A stretch of DNA of 64,000 nt from positions 17,052,001 through 17,116,000 of the forward strand of contig NC_045696.1 in assembly GCF_009834535.1 (NCBI RefSeq), written 5' to 3'. A program made the translations under genes and the position numbers. Numbering within the stretch: the stretch's first letter is position 1; each line of letters opens with the position of its first letter. The notes beneath the pieces were generated by a model. It was not told where the DNA came from. It did not search any database and worked only from the letters and a program-made list of their open reading frames with translations. Shown one piece after another: positions 50,788-64,000 of the stretch. This DNA comes from Camelus ferus (Eukaryota).

Positions 50788-52929
50788 TTCTTTTAAAGAA
50801 AAGATGATTGAAACAAAAAGTAATTATCTCATAACTTGAAATAATTATCTTCAACACAATTTCTGTCAACAGTACTACTATATCAACCAAGATTATTTGA
50901 GGGCCATACTTGAATTAATTTATTTGTGCCCCTCAACAGCCCTAAGAATTGGGTTTTATTATTATTCCTGCATTATTGAGGTAAAATTTTAGCGAAGTTC
51001 CAGAGTTAGTCTACATAGACAGTTACCATTTTATCATACATTTTTGTGGACTGATTTGGCAGAATGGTTAGCTAGCAAACTTTTTTTCTGAAACCAAATA
51101 GGAATTTCTCAGTAAGAAGAGAAGAGGATTTGGGTTTTTTGCTTGTTGGGTTTTTTTGTTTCCTTTTATAGGGTTGTTTTGGTGACTGTGATGGAGTTAT
51201 TGATTTTGGACATAGTGAAAGGTAAAATTATCATATTAGATCAATTAGAAGTAGCAAAAAAAGATGCATAATATGATATTTGGGGTATTAAGAACATATA
51301 GGACAACGAGGAATAAGAAAAATACTGAAGCAATCTCTCATTCTACAGGGGTACTCAAAGCATTGGCATCAGGCTTATCAACATCAGGGCGGATAATGTC
51401 TAATCATCTTAAAATCCATGCAACAGGGAGTTTCTCTTCCAGCAGTCCTTTTGAGCAGCTTAACTTGTAAGTGCCTAGACTGCTTACTTCCCTAGGTAGG
51501 ACCACAGGCCAAGTTTTGTTTTATTAAACATGATAAAGAATCAAGGATAATCCAGATGAGAAATGTACATTATCCAGTTTACCTCGTTCCCAAACCAGCA
51601 TCGTATCTGCCACATTAGGTTCTATTCTATTTCTTTGTGAGAGTTTAATATGTAGCTTGGACATTCTGATACTTTTATTTCCCCATGGATTTCCAAAAAA
51701 AAACTTGGGTCCTGATAAGTGGGGTTCAGTGGAGAGTAACTGTGTGTGTATGTGCTTGCATGCAAGTAGTTTTCCGAAATCTAGGATCAAATTGCTCAAT
51801 ATAAGAAAAGGGTGCTGGAAATGCAAGGGAGATTCTGGATATGGGAAAGTAAAACATTGACAATGAACACTTTATATAGATGGTAAAGGAAAAGAAAAAA
51901 AAAACAGGTTGTCAGTGATGCCAAAGAGATACAGCTTCACTGTCATCTTTGCTGCTAGATGTGTAATGCGATTTTTCTCTTTCCCTCAACTTTTCCCCAA
52001 CCTTTCCCCGACTAGTGTTCGCTCAGGGCAGAATCAGACCTCTTTTCATCTGGGATATATACATACCAAGGGTCTAGAGAGGTGAGTATTAAGAAAAAGT
52101 AGGGTTAGAATAAATCAGTGATCCTAGAACCCAAATCTTCATTACAGTTTTTGAGAGGACTTAAAAGAAAATGCATGGATTCCTGAGTCTCACTACCTGA
52201 ACTACTGGTTTAGAAGGGGCGACGCTGAATGGTATAAATCGATACACTTGAAAAGCATCCCAAGTTGTTAGAGCGATCAGTCAGAATGTGAGCAACTTCA
52301 GTCATTAACCTTGACCCTTGACATTCCCTCCTGTGCTGAGAGTCTGAGATGCTGAACTCTCTCTCCACATTCTCCTTCTCTTCTCTGGTGGTGATGATGA
52401 GAATGAAATAGCAACTCTCCAGTGGCACTGATTGCCACCTATGTGACATGTGTAGGCTAGAAAGACTGATGGGTTCCCAACGTTGTACGGTCTGTAGGCT
52501 GGAGACGTAAAACATGGAGTTGCTTTTAGGGTCTTTGCTAAAGAAATCACCTTAATCTGACAAAAACCCAGATGTATTTTACCAGCACTTTCCTGGCAGG
52601 CTGAAGATGTGTTGCATTGTTTTAAATTGTATTTCAGAGTATCTTGGAATGTGTCTGTTGATCACTCTGACTCCTCTCCCCACTTAACTCCATCTTCTAA
52701 AAAGCTATTTTAATGTGTCTTACCAATTGCGCATCAGCTGTGTGATTAGGATCAAAGTATGTGTTTAATACATGACATTGGCAGATTAATTCTGTTCTAC
52801 ATCTTGGTGTTACTGATTCTGTCTTAATGTCACGTACTTTGTACATATGATAACCATGGTGGTTAAGAGGCACTGAAAATAAAAAAGCCAGGTCGCAGTA
52901 GGTATGAGTCTTAGAACTTCAGTGCTGTC

Positions 52930-53135
52930 ATTAATATGTATAATAATACATTATATAACAGATAACACATTATTTATGCATAATAAATATGTTATTAATC
53001 AAATCAATGTATAACTATATTAATATATATTAGTTAATAATTGTTTTATATAAATAAAATGAATATATAATTAATATGTAATGTGTATATTATATATTAC
53101 ATGTAAATAAATATAAATATATATAGTTGATTTAA
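52930..53135. repeat. AT-rich low-complexity tract
   Basis: Almost exclusively A/T with TA repeats. Confidence 0.85.
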
Positions 53136-55134
53136 ATGGAAACTCAATAGCATTTCTGTACCACAAAATTTACTCATGTCTCAAAAGACATTTTAGCATT
53201 CTTGATTTGGTTTACTTCTTATAGAGTTAAATGTATTTTCATGAGAGAGGGAAAAGCACTCAGTGATTATTTTAAGATTGTAATTTCATGTGAAAATTAC
53301 ATCTTAGTGTTCCATTTCCCCTTCTCTGGGTGGTGACATCAGACTTATTTCACATGGTCATCCAAACCGTAGCACTGAATCTGCAAATTAATTCAGAACT
53401 GTTGTAATTTCCTTGTGCAACTGTCTTATTTTTTCTGTTATGTAAATGATCCAGATGGCAACAAGATCTTAAGAGGTAAACAATATAACATAATTTGGAC
53501 AAAATCATCCATGATTATACATATCTCCAATAATGGAAAAATGGAGGTCGTATGATGAATTGTGATACAACTTAAACTTCTGGAAATATAATTTCTTTTT
53601 CCAAGTTTGAATTATTGTTCTGCCAATTATTTCTTTTTTTTGTTGTTGAGCAAAATTTTGGATCTAGAGTTTGGATCTAGGTTCTCACTGGTAATATGGG
53701 GAAAATAAGAACTATCTTTTAAGGATGTTTTAAAGTCTAGAGACAATGCCTGTAAAAGGTCTGCCTTATGACTTGTACTAAACTAATTCAAGTTATTTTG
53801 TATTATTATAGTCTCCAAGTCAAAACAAAAATGTTATTACACTAATAACCATCTCTCTGTATATATATATATATTTATTACTGGCTTATATATCATATAT
53901 ATTTGGATATATTGGATATATATCATATATAATCATATATGTTTATAATGAGGCATATATAATTTGATTATAACCAAAATTAAGTTCTTCAGGTTTGGGG
54001 AGGAAAATTGTTTTCTTACACATATTTTCTAAAAGTGTGACCTGTTGCTTCATCATGACCATGTGTATAACCCTCTTCTTCCTCTTGCCTTTAGAGCTTG
54101 CACACTGTAATTCTAAGGTTGTGGGCTTTTTCTTTCTCTTAGGTGTTTCTCTGCCTGTCAGTTAAGTTCCTGTTGGCCTTGACCTTCAGCAGTTCTGGCT
54201 GGTGTATCTTCTTGGGTCCTGAATTCTTTGTCATCAACACTGCCTTAATTCTGCTTATTTGAGATCCACATGGTGAACAAATGACAAAGATCTGCCAGGC
54301 CATCTACAAATGTCACCTGTCCTGAAGTCTTAGAAGGCTCCCTTCAGCCCAGCTTGATGCTATGTGTACACATTTCCTCTATGATAAAAGGAAACAACAT
54401 TCAATTCCGGGAGGTGGCAATCAGTTTACTTATATTCCAAAAGAAAAAACTCTAATCACAGTCCATAATAGCTGTTAAGTGAGTTCAATTACAGAATGTG
54501 AAAGAACTGGTCAATAACAGGTCACCCTAAAGTGTTCTTGAGTCTGTTTTCTGATATTTTGCTGCCTTATCTCTCTGTTAGTCCTGCAGGAAGAATTACT
54601 GGGAGTGTTTTGTAAGGCACCTCTGTGTTCACTGTGCATGACTGCTCTCACACATTTGTTTCACTTGAGATCACATCTATTGCTGTTTACATATCACCAC
54701 TTCCTGGCTATCATTATGGGACATATCACAAGGATATTTACTCTAAAAGATGACAAAAATAGATTATTGCATGAAATGGAAATATGCACTTTGGAGTGGA
54801 AATATAACTAAGTCAGTGATTTTTAAAGGATAAATTTAGAATGTGGTACAGAGTGCTTAAAGAAAGAAAAATTTCAACATTCACATTGTCTGTATTGGTA
54901 ATTACACTGATGCTTGGGAGTTAGAGATGACTCTATACAATTCAGACTAATGCATGCCAAATAAATGAATGATGTTTATAAACTTTGAGTTAGTTTGACA
55001 CAGGTCAAATTAAACTTTACTTACATTAGTAATTTAGGTGACAAAATACTAAGTTGATTAATCTAAAAAGTTATTTTGTTCACACATGCTAATATGTACA
55101 CATAAGTCATCATGGGGCAAGCTTCTTCATAAAT

Positions 55135-55290
55135 ACCTAGCTAATAAATTCATTAATTAACTCAACATATATTACTGTGTTCTACTCACTAGGACACACA
55201 GGAAATACAACAAGGTATAAGTTCCTATTGAGGAGATATGCAAATTAATCAGTCAGTTAATGTATAGAAGTATGTACTGAGGAATAAGCT
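55135..55290 (-). mobile_element. L2 3' tail (decayed)
   Basis: 'ttcattaattaactcaacatatattactgtgttctact...aggacac'. Confidence 0.45.
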
Positions 55291-57539
55291 ATATACTTTA
55301 TAAATCAAGAAACCATAACCCTAAACCTTCTAATCTCGCAAAGACACAGATACATACATACACAACTTGCATAAACAAAAATAGATTTTGTATACTTCCA
55401 GCCAAAGCTGAAATTTACATGTGGCTCAAGAGCAAAAGTAAATAAATTATTGAGGATGGACTTCGATAAACATATTAAGAATGAGAACTTTGAGCAGGAT
55501 GTAAATAAAGATCTTACATGGAAGAGGTCCCGGGTAGGAAATTTCTTGGATTGTTTTCAGGAAGATGAATGAAATTCGGCTCCAGGCCACAGCGAACACA
55601 CTGACACACAAGTGGTTAGGGAAAAAAAAAAAGAATCACTATGTTTGTTTTCTTAATCTTACCCGCAACCCATATCCTCCACTCCTTGGGTACTTCACTG
55701 TGCTCTGTGGATCCTCTAAACACTCACACACCATTGCAAGTAGTCTGTTCATTAAAGTTCTCAACATTCTCACTCTGACTGTAACATTTGTTTAACTATG
55801 GGATTTGACTGATTTAAAAGAAAATGTTCAATTTTATAGGCTCAAAACTAAGCTTAACCTCATCAACATCCCTTAAAGAACATTTCTTCTAATATTCTTT
55901 TGGCTCAAGACATCCCCTCTCATTTAGCCTAGTAAGCTAGAATCTTAGCAAAATGTGTTATTTTTGTCTTTTTCTTTACTCTCAGTGACAACATGTCTTT
56001 CTGAATCAGCTTGGAGTCCTTAACTCCCCAACTTTCCATTTCTCATGATCTGCTTTGGATAAATTGTTTCCCCTTTCCTATTACTCCTTTTCCAAGAAGT
56101 GGTCCTCACTCTAATGAAGACCTTGGGGGCTCTTTCCTCTATATCTTCAGCTATGGGCCAACCCCATCCATAATTCCTACACCATCTTAGCTCTAGAATC
56201 CCATCTCCTACACAGGCTGTGCACAAGTTTTAGGTTTGGAAAAATAATTCAGCATCTATGTCTTTAAGAGTATGGTTTGTTAATGAAATTCTGAGCCTAT
56301 GAGGGACCATCATGGTCATGATACCTCAACTGCACCTATACGTAATTATTAAAGAGAGCTGCTTATTCTCTCTGTCAGCAAAGATAAGGGATTAAAGGTT
56401 TCAGCTCTAGTCAATTCAGACTTGTTGATGGACCTCTCCTAAAGTGGTTGGATGATGATTAGTGACTAAAAATAAATTCCTGAGCTGTCTTAGTGATCAT
56501 GATACCCAGAGGCACAAGATTATCATCCAAAGGCAACTGGAATTGAGGACACTAAGCAGAGATCTGAATACAAAATACCTATATCAAAAAGCAACTTAGT
56601 TGTTGACTCAGGATGCTACTGTTTCCAAAACAATTCTCAGTGATGCTGGGAACATCCTGTTTTTTCTCTTGCGGATTATCTTCTTATAGAACATACTAAA
56701 CTCCAGATTAACAGGGACGATTCCACATGTTACTGGAGTGAGCAGGAGCATCAGGGAAGTGTAAGTGTTGTTCTGATTGTGAACTGTGGTCTTTAACCAC
56801 TACTGTTCCTATGCTGGCATCTGCTGAGTTAAATCTCACATCGTTCTGTCCAAATCATTCTGGATAATCCCACACTGGAATCAGATGATGAAATCCGTGT
56901 TCATGTCATGGCCTCCATTCTTCTTGACCATGCACTCTGCAGCCTTTTTCACCTGACGCCCTGACCAGAGCATCTTCAGGTTTTGTTTGTTTGTTTGTAA
57001 TTCCTGACCATTGGACTGCTCAGCTGAACTCTGCTGAGGTACACATATCTCTGTGATGCTTCAATAACGTCTTTCTGTGTCTCTTTCTAACTTGATTATT
57101 ACTCATCAAATGTAGGTATTATTTGACATTGGCATTGGACATTTTGTTAAGTATGCAGTCAGCCTAAGTACTCGTTTGGGATATAAACACAATGTCTTCT
57201 ATTCTCGAACATCCTGGCTCCTTCCTTTCTGCCAAACCTCCTTCCCCCTCTAGTTTTTTGAATGAGTATTTATTTTCCCAGTGAGGAGAACTCTTAGCTT
57301 TTGCATGATTTTCTTGTCTCCCGCTATATAGTTTTTATTGTATAAACTCCAGGCTATGAGTCTTTCAGTCTCTTGGCATTGCTGTGCTAAAATTCATCTC
57401 TGAAAGATCCTCGCTTTCATAACAATAAAAGTGTATCTGCTTCAAGTCTAATATCTCTTGTAAACATGAAAAAAATCTATGTAGAAATCTGCCATTCTCC
57501 CTGAAGCAACGAATGGCACTGATTGATATTACATACATT

Positions 57540-58060
57540 TTAGGATATTTTTACCTGTGAGCAATGGAATTTTGTCTCAAATTGGTTTAATCAAGAATAA
57601 AATATATGCTCCTACATGAAGGAAATCTACAGGGGGTGGTTCTTCAGGGGTGATTGTTTCAGCAGTTCAACAGGATTTTAAAAACCCAGACTCTTTCTAT
57701 CCTGCCTCTCTTATGTTAGATCATTCTCAGGCTGGTAGTAAGATGGCTATATCCATTCCCATTTTTACAGCCCCGGGGACGACAGCACCATGAAGAAAAT
57801 GAGAATCCTATCTCTTCTTGCAGTTTCTCTTCAAAATAGGAAAACTCTCTGAAGTTTCTGAGTCCATTTCGACCAGTCATGGTAGTAGGATTGTAGTCCA
57901 CTCCTGCACCCATCTCTGTAAGATACTGAAGGTTACCTCAAGACTGGTTTTAGCTTCTCTTGAGGCATGATGGAATTAGCGGGAACAGGTATGTATCTTC
58001 AAAAATGGGTTCTATTAGGAAGGAAAATGGCATGGATATTTACTGAGTAGGCAAACAATG
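57540..58060 (-). mobile_element. MLT1K/L-like MaLR LTR
   Basis: 'cagcagttcaac...acccagactctttctatc...aagatggct...gggttctattaggaaggaaaatggcatggatatt...gtaggcaaac'. Confidence 0.7.
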
Positions 58061-58899
58061 AAGTTTTCCAACAATCGTAAAACGGTATTATTTCACAAAA
58101 ATGTACATGTGAGCAATTTAAAGGCTTACTTTTTTCCAATGCTAAAGATTTTAAATTTATTTTATAGAAAAAAGGCACCATCAAGTATTTCTGAGCAGAT
58201 GTATAGGTTGACCATATTTATATTAAAGGATGAACTTAGTAAAAGTGTCAGGGAATGGAGTTACGATGTATGTGCCGTGTGTGCGTACATGATGGGGTTA
58301 GGGAGGAGGCTACAAGAAAAATTCCAGAAAGCTCCAAAAGTTTCTTAGAAAGTGAAACACAGTGAAGAAAAAAAAGAAAGGTTTTTATATAACTGTTCCC
58401 CACTGTAAAATGAAACAGTTTCTGCCTGGATTTGTCTCTCCAGAGACAAGCCTCCACGTGAGAATGGACTGGGCTGCCCCAGTAACTGGAGAATGGGGAA
58501 AGGTAAAAGTAAAGTGTAAGTTTCAGAGAGTATAAATATGAAATGCAAAGAGAACTTTCAAACACCGTATCAACACAGGCAAGGAGACAGCCAAAAATGA
58601 ATTAAACAGAAGATTCAACAATGATAAGCAAATTGAATGAAACCCTAAAAGAGGTATGTTTGGCACTGATAAGGACACCAGACTGGTTCAGATCACGTAC
58701 ATTCTAAGATCCCTTTTCTGACTTTCATTTGAGGGCGGTAAGGAGCCTAGCCTTCGTGATCAGACAGATTGGGTTTACATCTTCTCACTAGTAATATAAA
58801 GCTCAGACACCCTCTTTTTATCTTGGATGGTGTTTTCAGCACAGGTTTGGGCTGGAACCCTATGTTTATGCCTGTTAGTGTTTTATACATAGCGATTTA

Positions 58900-59056
58900 G
58901 GCCATGGATATTGGAGAAACACTGGGTTTTATTCTAGTTTTACCACTTAGAGATTATGACCATGAGCAAGATGTTAGATTCCTCTGTATACTTTTTCTTA
59001 TCTGTAAAATGGGAACAAGTATAGTACCTATAATATAATATTGTGTTGATTAAATA
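58900..59056 (+). mobile_element. MIR SINE
   Basis: 'ctgggttttattctagttttaccactt...tgaccatgagcaag...tcttatctgtaaaatggga...atagtaccta'. Confidence 0.8.
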
Positions 59057-59549
59057 CTGGGTATATTTTTACTTATGTTTATACTTCATGGTTTTTTTCC
59101 CCCTTTTTAAAGTTACCCCCTGATTAGTGTGGAAAAATCATCACACCTTCCATAACCTGTTTAAAAATTCTGACAGTGACAGAAATGAGAATATTAGCAT
59201 CCCTATGATAATTTAGATATAATGGGACTTTTAATGCCTTATTTTTGGTTCATTTATATTCCATATCATTACATTAAATTACTGTGGATCTGTGGCCTTG
59301 TCATATGAGTTTTTATAAAGTGTGACAAGAGACTATTAGTGTGTGATATATATACAGTGAATTATGCTCAGTGATCTATGAATATGACTTGAACTAAGTT
59401 GAAGGTTTAAGTGATATCTAAATTTTTTGAAGTCTTTTCTTATAATTAAAATAGCAGCAAGACATAAATACATACATGCACCGCTTAAAACGTGCTGCAT
59501 GTTAGCAATGCCAGTGTACAGTTAGCTTAGCAACACTTCTGCATGTATT

Positions 59550-61395
59550 CTTCTATTACTTTTTATTGTAGAAAATAAATTTATTTATTTTTATGGTCTG
59601 TTCAGATTAAAGAATAAAAGAGGAATGAAGGTCCATGTCCCCACCACTGAGATTAGGAAATAGATCCTTTGTCGTCAGTCATGTGGCCTTCTTGATTTCC
59701 CCATGTGTGTGCCTGGAGTCCATGTTCAACTCTCTGCATGTTGCTAAGTAATCCAAAGTGATGGTGCCAATTACACTCAACAGTGATGGAAAAAATTCCT
59801 GATTTCTATGCATCCTAAGCAGTATATGCTATTAATAAATTTCAATTTAATTTTTTGCCAAACTTTTACATGTAAAATTGCATTTCTTTGGGTTGCACTT
59901 ATTTTCCTAATTTTAATGAGCTTAAGTATATTTTCATAAGTTTATGGACAATTTGTATTTGTATTCTGTGAAATGCCTCTTTACTTAATCATTTTACCAT
60001 CTGATTGTTTTCCCTATTGTGATGACTGATGGGACTTCTTTATATTCTGATTAAAATTTCTTTCTTGGATACAGTATTATCCTGACATACGGGTTTTTTT
60101 TCTCTTCAAAGTATGCTTTCTTTGGAATTTTACATAATCTATGTTATCAAACACTTGCATTATAATTTGCATTTCTTTCCTTCTATATCCCTATGCAGAA
60201 TATAAAGGTATTAATTCTTCAATATTGTCTTCTAAAAGTGTTAGAAGCTTTTTCTTTCTAATTCTTTCACACAAATGAAATTGAATTTCATACACGCTAT
60301 GAGGTAGGTATCTGGTTTCAGTTTCAGAAACAACTGTCCAAACAGCACTTACTGTCTTTGTATTATTTTTTTCTACAGTAAACAATACAATTTCCAAATT
60401 AAAGAATTTATGAATTGTTAGTAGCATCTCTGTATGACTTCATAGATAAACATTTTTAAATTATCTGAAATACATTCTCTGAAATAAGCTAAGTTTCCTA
60501 TATATTCTTTAATATGATCCTGGGTTCAGTCTTTGAAACCAATGATCCATTTGTTTATTCTTACATAAATACCACTGAATCTTAATCACTAAAATTTTAT
60601 CATCTATCCTAAGATCTGATAGAAAACCTATTACTAAACTGCTTTTTTTTTAGTAGTCTCAGTTACTCTCAGCCATTTCGCCTGCATTTGTGACATACTA
60701 CAAACATCCAACTGTGTTTTTTTTTTAATTGTACTGATCCTAATGATCATTAAGGAAACACCTGTTATCTCCTTTCTATTAAATTTTTTCTCTGCAAGAA
60801 CATATTTTCCCTCTTTCTCTCTGCATTTATTTATTTATCATTGTTATTAATATATTTCAACAAATATTGTAATTTTCACCACTACAAATGGTTTTGCTTT
60901 AAGTTTTTATGCACATGTCTCTTATCAGATCAAATAGTTTGATAGGAGTTATTAAATAGTACTGAACTTTGTACATTGATTTAAATGAAAATACTGTTTT
61001 TCTCTGTTAATCTATTTCATTACAGGAAGTCACAGTAATCAATTAAATAATACTAAAATACTTTTATATTCATAATTTTCACCCAACTGGGTCACTCTGT
61101 ATTAATATTTTTTTAATATGTTACTGAGCTCAGTTTACTAATATTTAGATTAGGATTCTTAAATCAATCATTATCAGTGAGATAAATGTATAATGATCCT
61201 TTCACTGTTTCTGTTTGGTTTTGGTATCAAGGCCATTTTATACTTGGATAATAAATTTGAGATTGCACTTTTTTTTGATTATATAAAAGAGTTTTGATAA
61301 GCTTACAATTAACTATTCATTGATACTTCGTGAAACGAGAGACATCTAGAGTTGGTTTTATTTCAAGGAAAAATTAATTACTGACTTATTTTTCC
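59550..61395 (-). mobile_element. Old L1ME-like element (3' UTR into ORF2), heavily decayed
   Basis: Collinear antisense L1 motifs: 'ccaattacactc', 'tttttgccaa', 'ttctgtgaaatgcct', 'ttgtcttctaaaagt', 'aaataccactg', 'ggttttggtatcaagg'. Confidence 0.75.
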
Positions 61396-61504
61396 GAAAG
61401 TTTCCAGAGAGCAGGTGAGACATTTTTCAACTGAGACTGTTTTCAAAGCTCACCACAAAAGTGAAGGAAGCAAAACAGCTCTTTGACAAAGATACTCAAG
61501 ACAC

Positions 61505-61590
61505 TTTGTATTATGTTGTTATGTTGTGTTATATTATGTTGTGTAATGTTGTTGTGCTATGTTATGTTGCTGTTTTATGTTATGCTATGA
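61505..61590. repeat. Degenerate (TGTTA)n repeat
   Basis: Directly visible 5-bp periodicity. Confidence 0.85.
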
Positions 61591-63704
61591 TAAAGCCACA
61601 AGAAAGCTTGAACATTGAAGGAGTGTGTAATTGGTTAAGAACATGTTATTTATTGGAAACTTTTTTTACAAGAAAGAAAAGTAAATTAAATGATACCTCT
61701 TCCAACACTGATGGTTATGAAATTCATCAGCATTCTCCCAACTGATGGAGGAAACTTCTACATGAGGGTGTGTGTGACCAACAATACTGGTAGATCCATG
61801 GCTTTTGGGCACTCCTCTAGACAGAAATGACTGACCTGAAGGTCAATCTCCCAAAATCAGTTTCTCAGATATTACATAACATTATTCAGTCCAGACTTTA
61901 GGCCTGCCTGAAATCTCTCCTGCATTAGTTGCATTTATTACTAAAGCAAATGAACACTTTGTTATTTCCTGTGTTTAGAACACAATGTATAACCATTGTG
62001 TTGAGTAATGGTGGAGAATTTTAAAGCAATAAATTAGAGGAATGAAAAAAGAGTTGATATTGTGACTGATGTGCCCCAAAACATATTTTATAACAGTCAG
62101 AGCTTAGATGAATATTAACACTTTTGTGTCTGACTGGTACATTTTCCCTCACTGTTTCACATCTATTTCAGAAACATAAATGCAAATATTACCAACCAAC
62201 TGATATTCATGTCTTAGGAGACTGTATGAGAGACCTACAGTTGGCTAGTGATAATATTTTGGGGGTTATAAGTTAAAAAAAGACAGAAAAATAGGCCACC
62301 TGTATAATATTCCTTCATTTTTATTAAAAAAATTTCTTATTCAGGCAGCCTTTATATGACTACTATTTGCAACCAAATGAACTAAAATCAATAGTACTTA
62401 GTTACCCTGAGTGAAAACCATACAGAACTTTACAGCTCCAATGAAGAGACTGTGAAATGCTCTGGTCTTTATCCATAAACATTCAGCACTTTTCTATTCT
62501 GGAGTCACAAACTCATCAAATTCACGCTTTTATAAATTGCATTTTTAAACTTGCTCTAAAAAGTTTAATGCTTTATTATGATAGTTTCTCAGTACTTTCA
62601 TACCTGAAAAAAGGTTACAATGTGTATCATTCTAATAATCCAGTAATTCATTTAAAAGCCATGTGTGTATTTAGGTCAGTGGCCTTCTGCTCAATTTAAA
62701 AACAAAAACTAAAACAAAAACAAAACTCCTTTGACTACCTCTAACATTAGCCATCTGGTTATAAGAATTTATTTTAATCTTTTCAAAAGGATTTTGAAAA
62801 CAATAGATTATTTTTCACTGTGTCTTTGATTAATAGCTCTCTTAGCAAGGAAATACCCCTGCAGCTAGTGTAGGTATTCATGTAAAGTTTTTCCTAGTTC
62901 CATTTAGATACTATATTATGACACATTTCTTTTATTATCTTTTTTACTATCATAGGAGGAATTATTTTTATTCAGAATTTATGAATACAAGCCTCAGAAT
63001 AGGGTTCTGCAAGAATTACAAGCTAAAATGAAGTGATTTGTCATTCTAAATTTATTTCTATATGTATAAATTTAAATGAATAGGTTGATTGTTTCAAAAA
63101 CAAATTTTGTAATTTTATACAAACTGTCCAAATACATTTTTTTAAAAAGTAAGAGAAAAATTTTTTTCATACCTGTCATTTAGAAACTTCAGAGTGTATT
63201 TCTCTAGGCTGTCTTCTCTTTACATTGTTGTGATACATGTAAAAACTCTGGCAGAGCAAAGGCATGGAATGGAAAACCAAGCGTAGAATATTAAGAAACA
63301 ATTACTTTAACCAAAGTAATCCCAAATCAGAATGCATTTGGAATTTCTGTTCCTAAGTTAACTATTATTAAAGACTTGACATTTGCTGGCTTGGTTTAAA
63401 AAGATTAAATAAAATAAAATCACTGAAATTTGGAAATTTTTGAATCTCTTGTTAAATAATTCACACTTCTTAAAATTAACCATTTTTTTAAAGTAAAATA
63501 AATGTTTTGGTCCATTCACTTACATGGTAGGTAAATTAAATAAATGCATTTTAGAAACTTCATTACTGTGTAATTACAATATTTATTATTTTACCATAAA
63601 TATTAAAAGACTATGGTCCCCATGTGGACATTTTGCAACATATTAGTATTGTTAGATAATTTGCCATTATTGTTAAAAGGGAAACACTGGACCTTATCTC
63701 TGTA

Positions 63705-63800
63705 TCTGGTCCCAGAGATGCAAAATGAATTTCCAGTGGCCAAATAACTTGTGAATGATGGAGCTGGAGTTAGAATCTCAGTCTCCTGGCCCTGAGACTG
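63705..63800 (-). mobile_element. MIR fragment
   Basis: 'cccagagatgcaaaatgaatttcc...tgatggagctggagttagaatctcagtctcctg'. Confidence 0.55.
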
Positions 63801-64000
63801 GTGACAATTTATTACCCCCATGTAGGAGGAAAGAAAACTAACATTGAAGCTAACAGGCTGAGATTCTATGACCACTTCTGTTTTCCTAATATATTTGTGC
63901 CTTTTGGCAGGTTCATTACGTGTCCTGATTTTCTCCTTTCTCATCTACTAGTGAAGACTATGTCAGTTTAGCATTGTCCTGGATATTTAATGGTGTGAAA

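Noticed and set aside
52422..52438. GTGGCA-CTGAT-TGCCAC palindrome as an NFI site
   Set aside because: Spacing between TGGC and GCCA is 7 nt, not the 5 nt NFI requires.
56400..57000. Moderately GC-rich unique stretch checked as a possible exon, pseudogene or viral insert
   Set aside because: Only short frames (e.g. SVQIILDNPTLESDDEIRVHV) with no recognisable homology or splice framework.
1..64000. Remaining 60-113 aa ORFs as genes
   Set aside because: No recognisable domains, many begin at TTG/GTG or lie in repeats, and they are the size expected by chance; no coherent multi-exon chain was seen.
1..64000. Using L1/LTR orientation bias to infer a host gene strand
   Set aside because: Fragments occur on both strands in similar numbers, so there is no usable signal.

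Overview
AT-rich, CpG-poor mammalian genomic DNA, either a gene desert or a deep intron. It is most likely camelid (alpaca/camel lineage), judged from a vic-1-like tRNA-derived SINE and young L1 3' UTR copies; I recognised no Alu, Bov-A/BovB or PRE-1 SINEs. I can support no host protein-coding gene, RNA gene or prokaryotic-type system. The ORF-track entries look like chance ORFs or microsatellite artefacts, except 23109-23480(-), a decayed ERV-L pol (integrase C-terminus/dUTPase) remnant. Much of the window is transposon fossils: old and young L1, L2, MIR, MLT1/MLT2/LTR33/LTR40/LTR67-like LTRs, Tigger2, MER33 and MER5. Family names come from remembered consensus sequences and need RepeatMasker/Dfam confirmation; boundaries of old elements are approximate. 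The most unusual structure is at 7.5-8.5 kb: two independently inserted solo LTRs of one ERV1-like family, each with its own 4-bp TSD, lie tail-to-tail 136 bp apart as a ~91%-identical inverted repeat, and one has lost its inner R/U5 segment to a (TA)n tract. Other leads are two well-formed exon candidates (18270-18413 -, 52016-52081 +), a non-repeat CpG-enriched patch (19.6-20.5 kb), a hidden ~30-bp tandem array (30.87-31.2 kb) and an L1 insertion with extra 5' junction sequence. I found no convincing new biological system.
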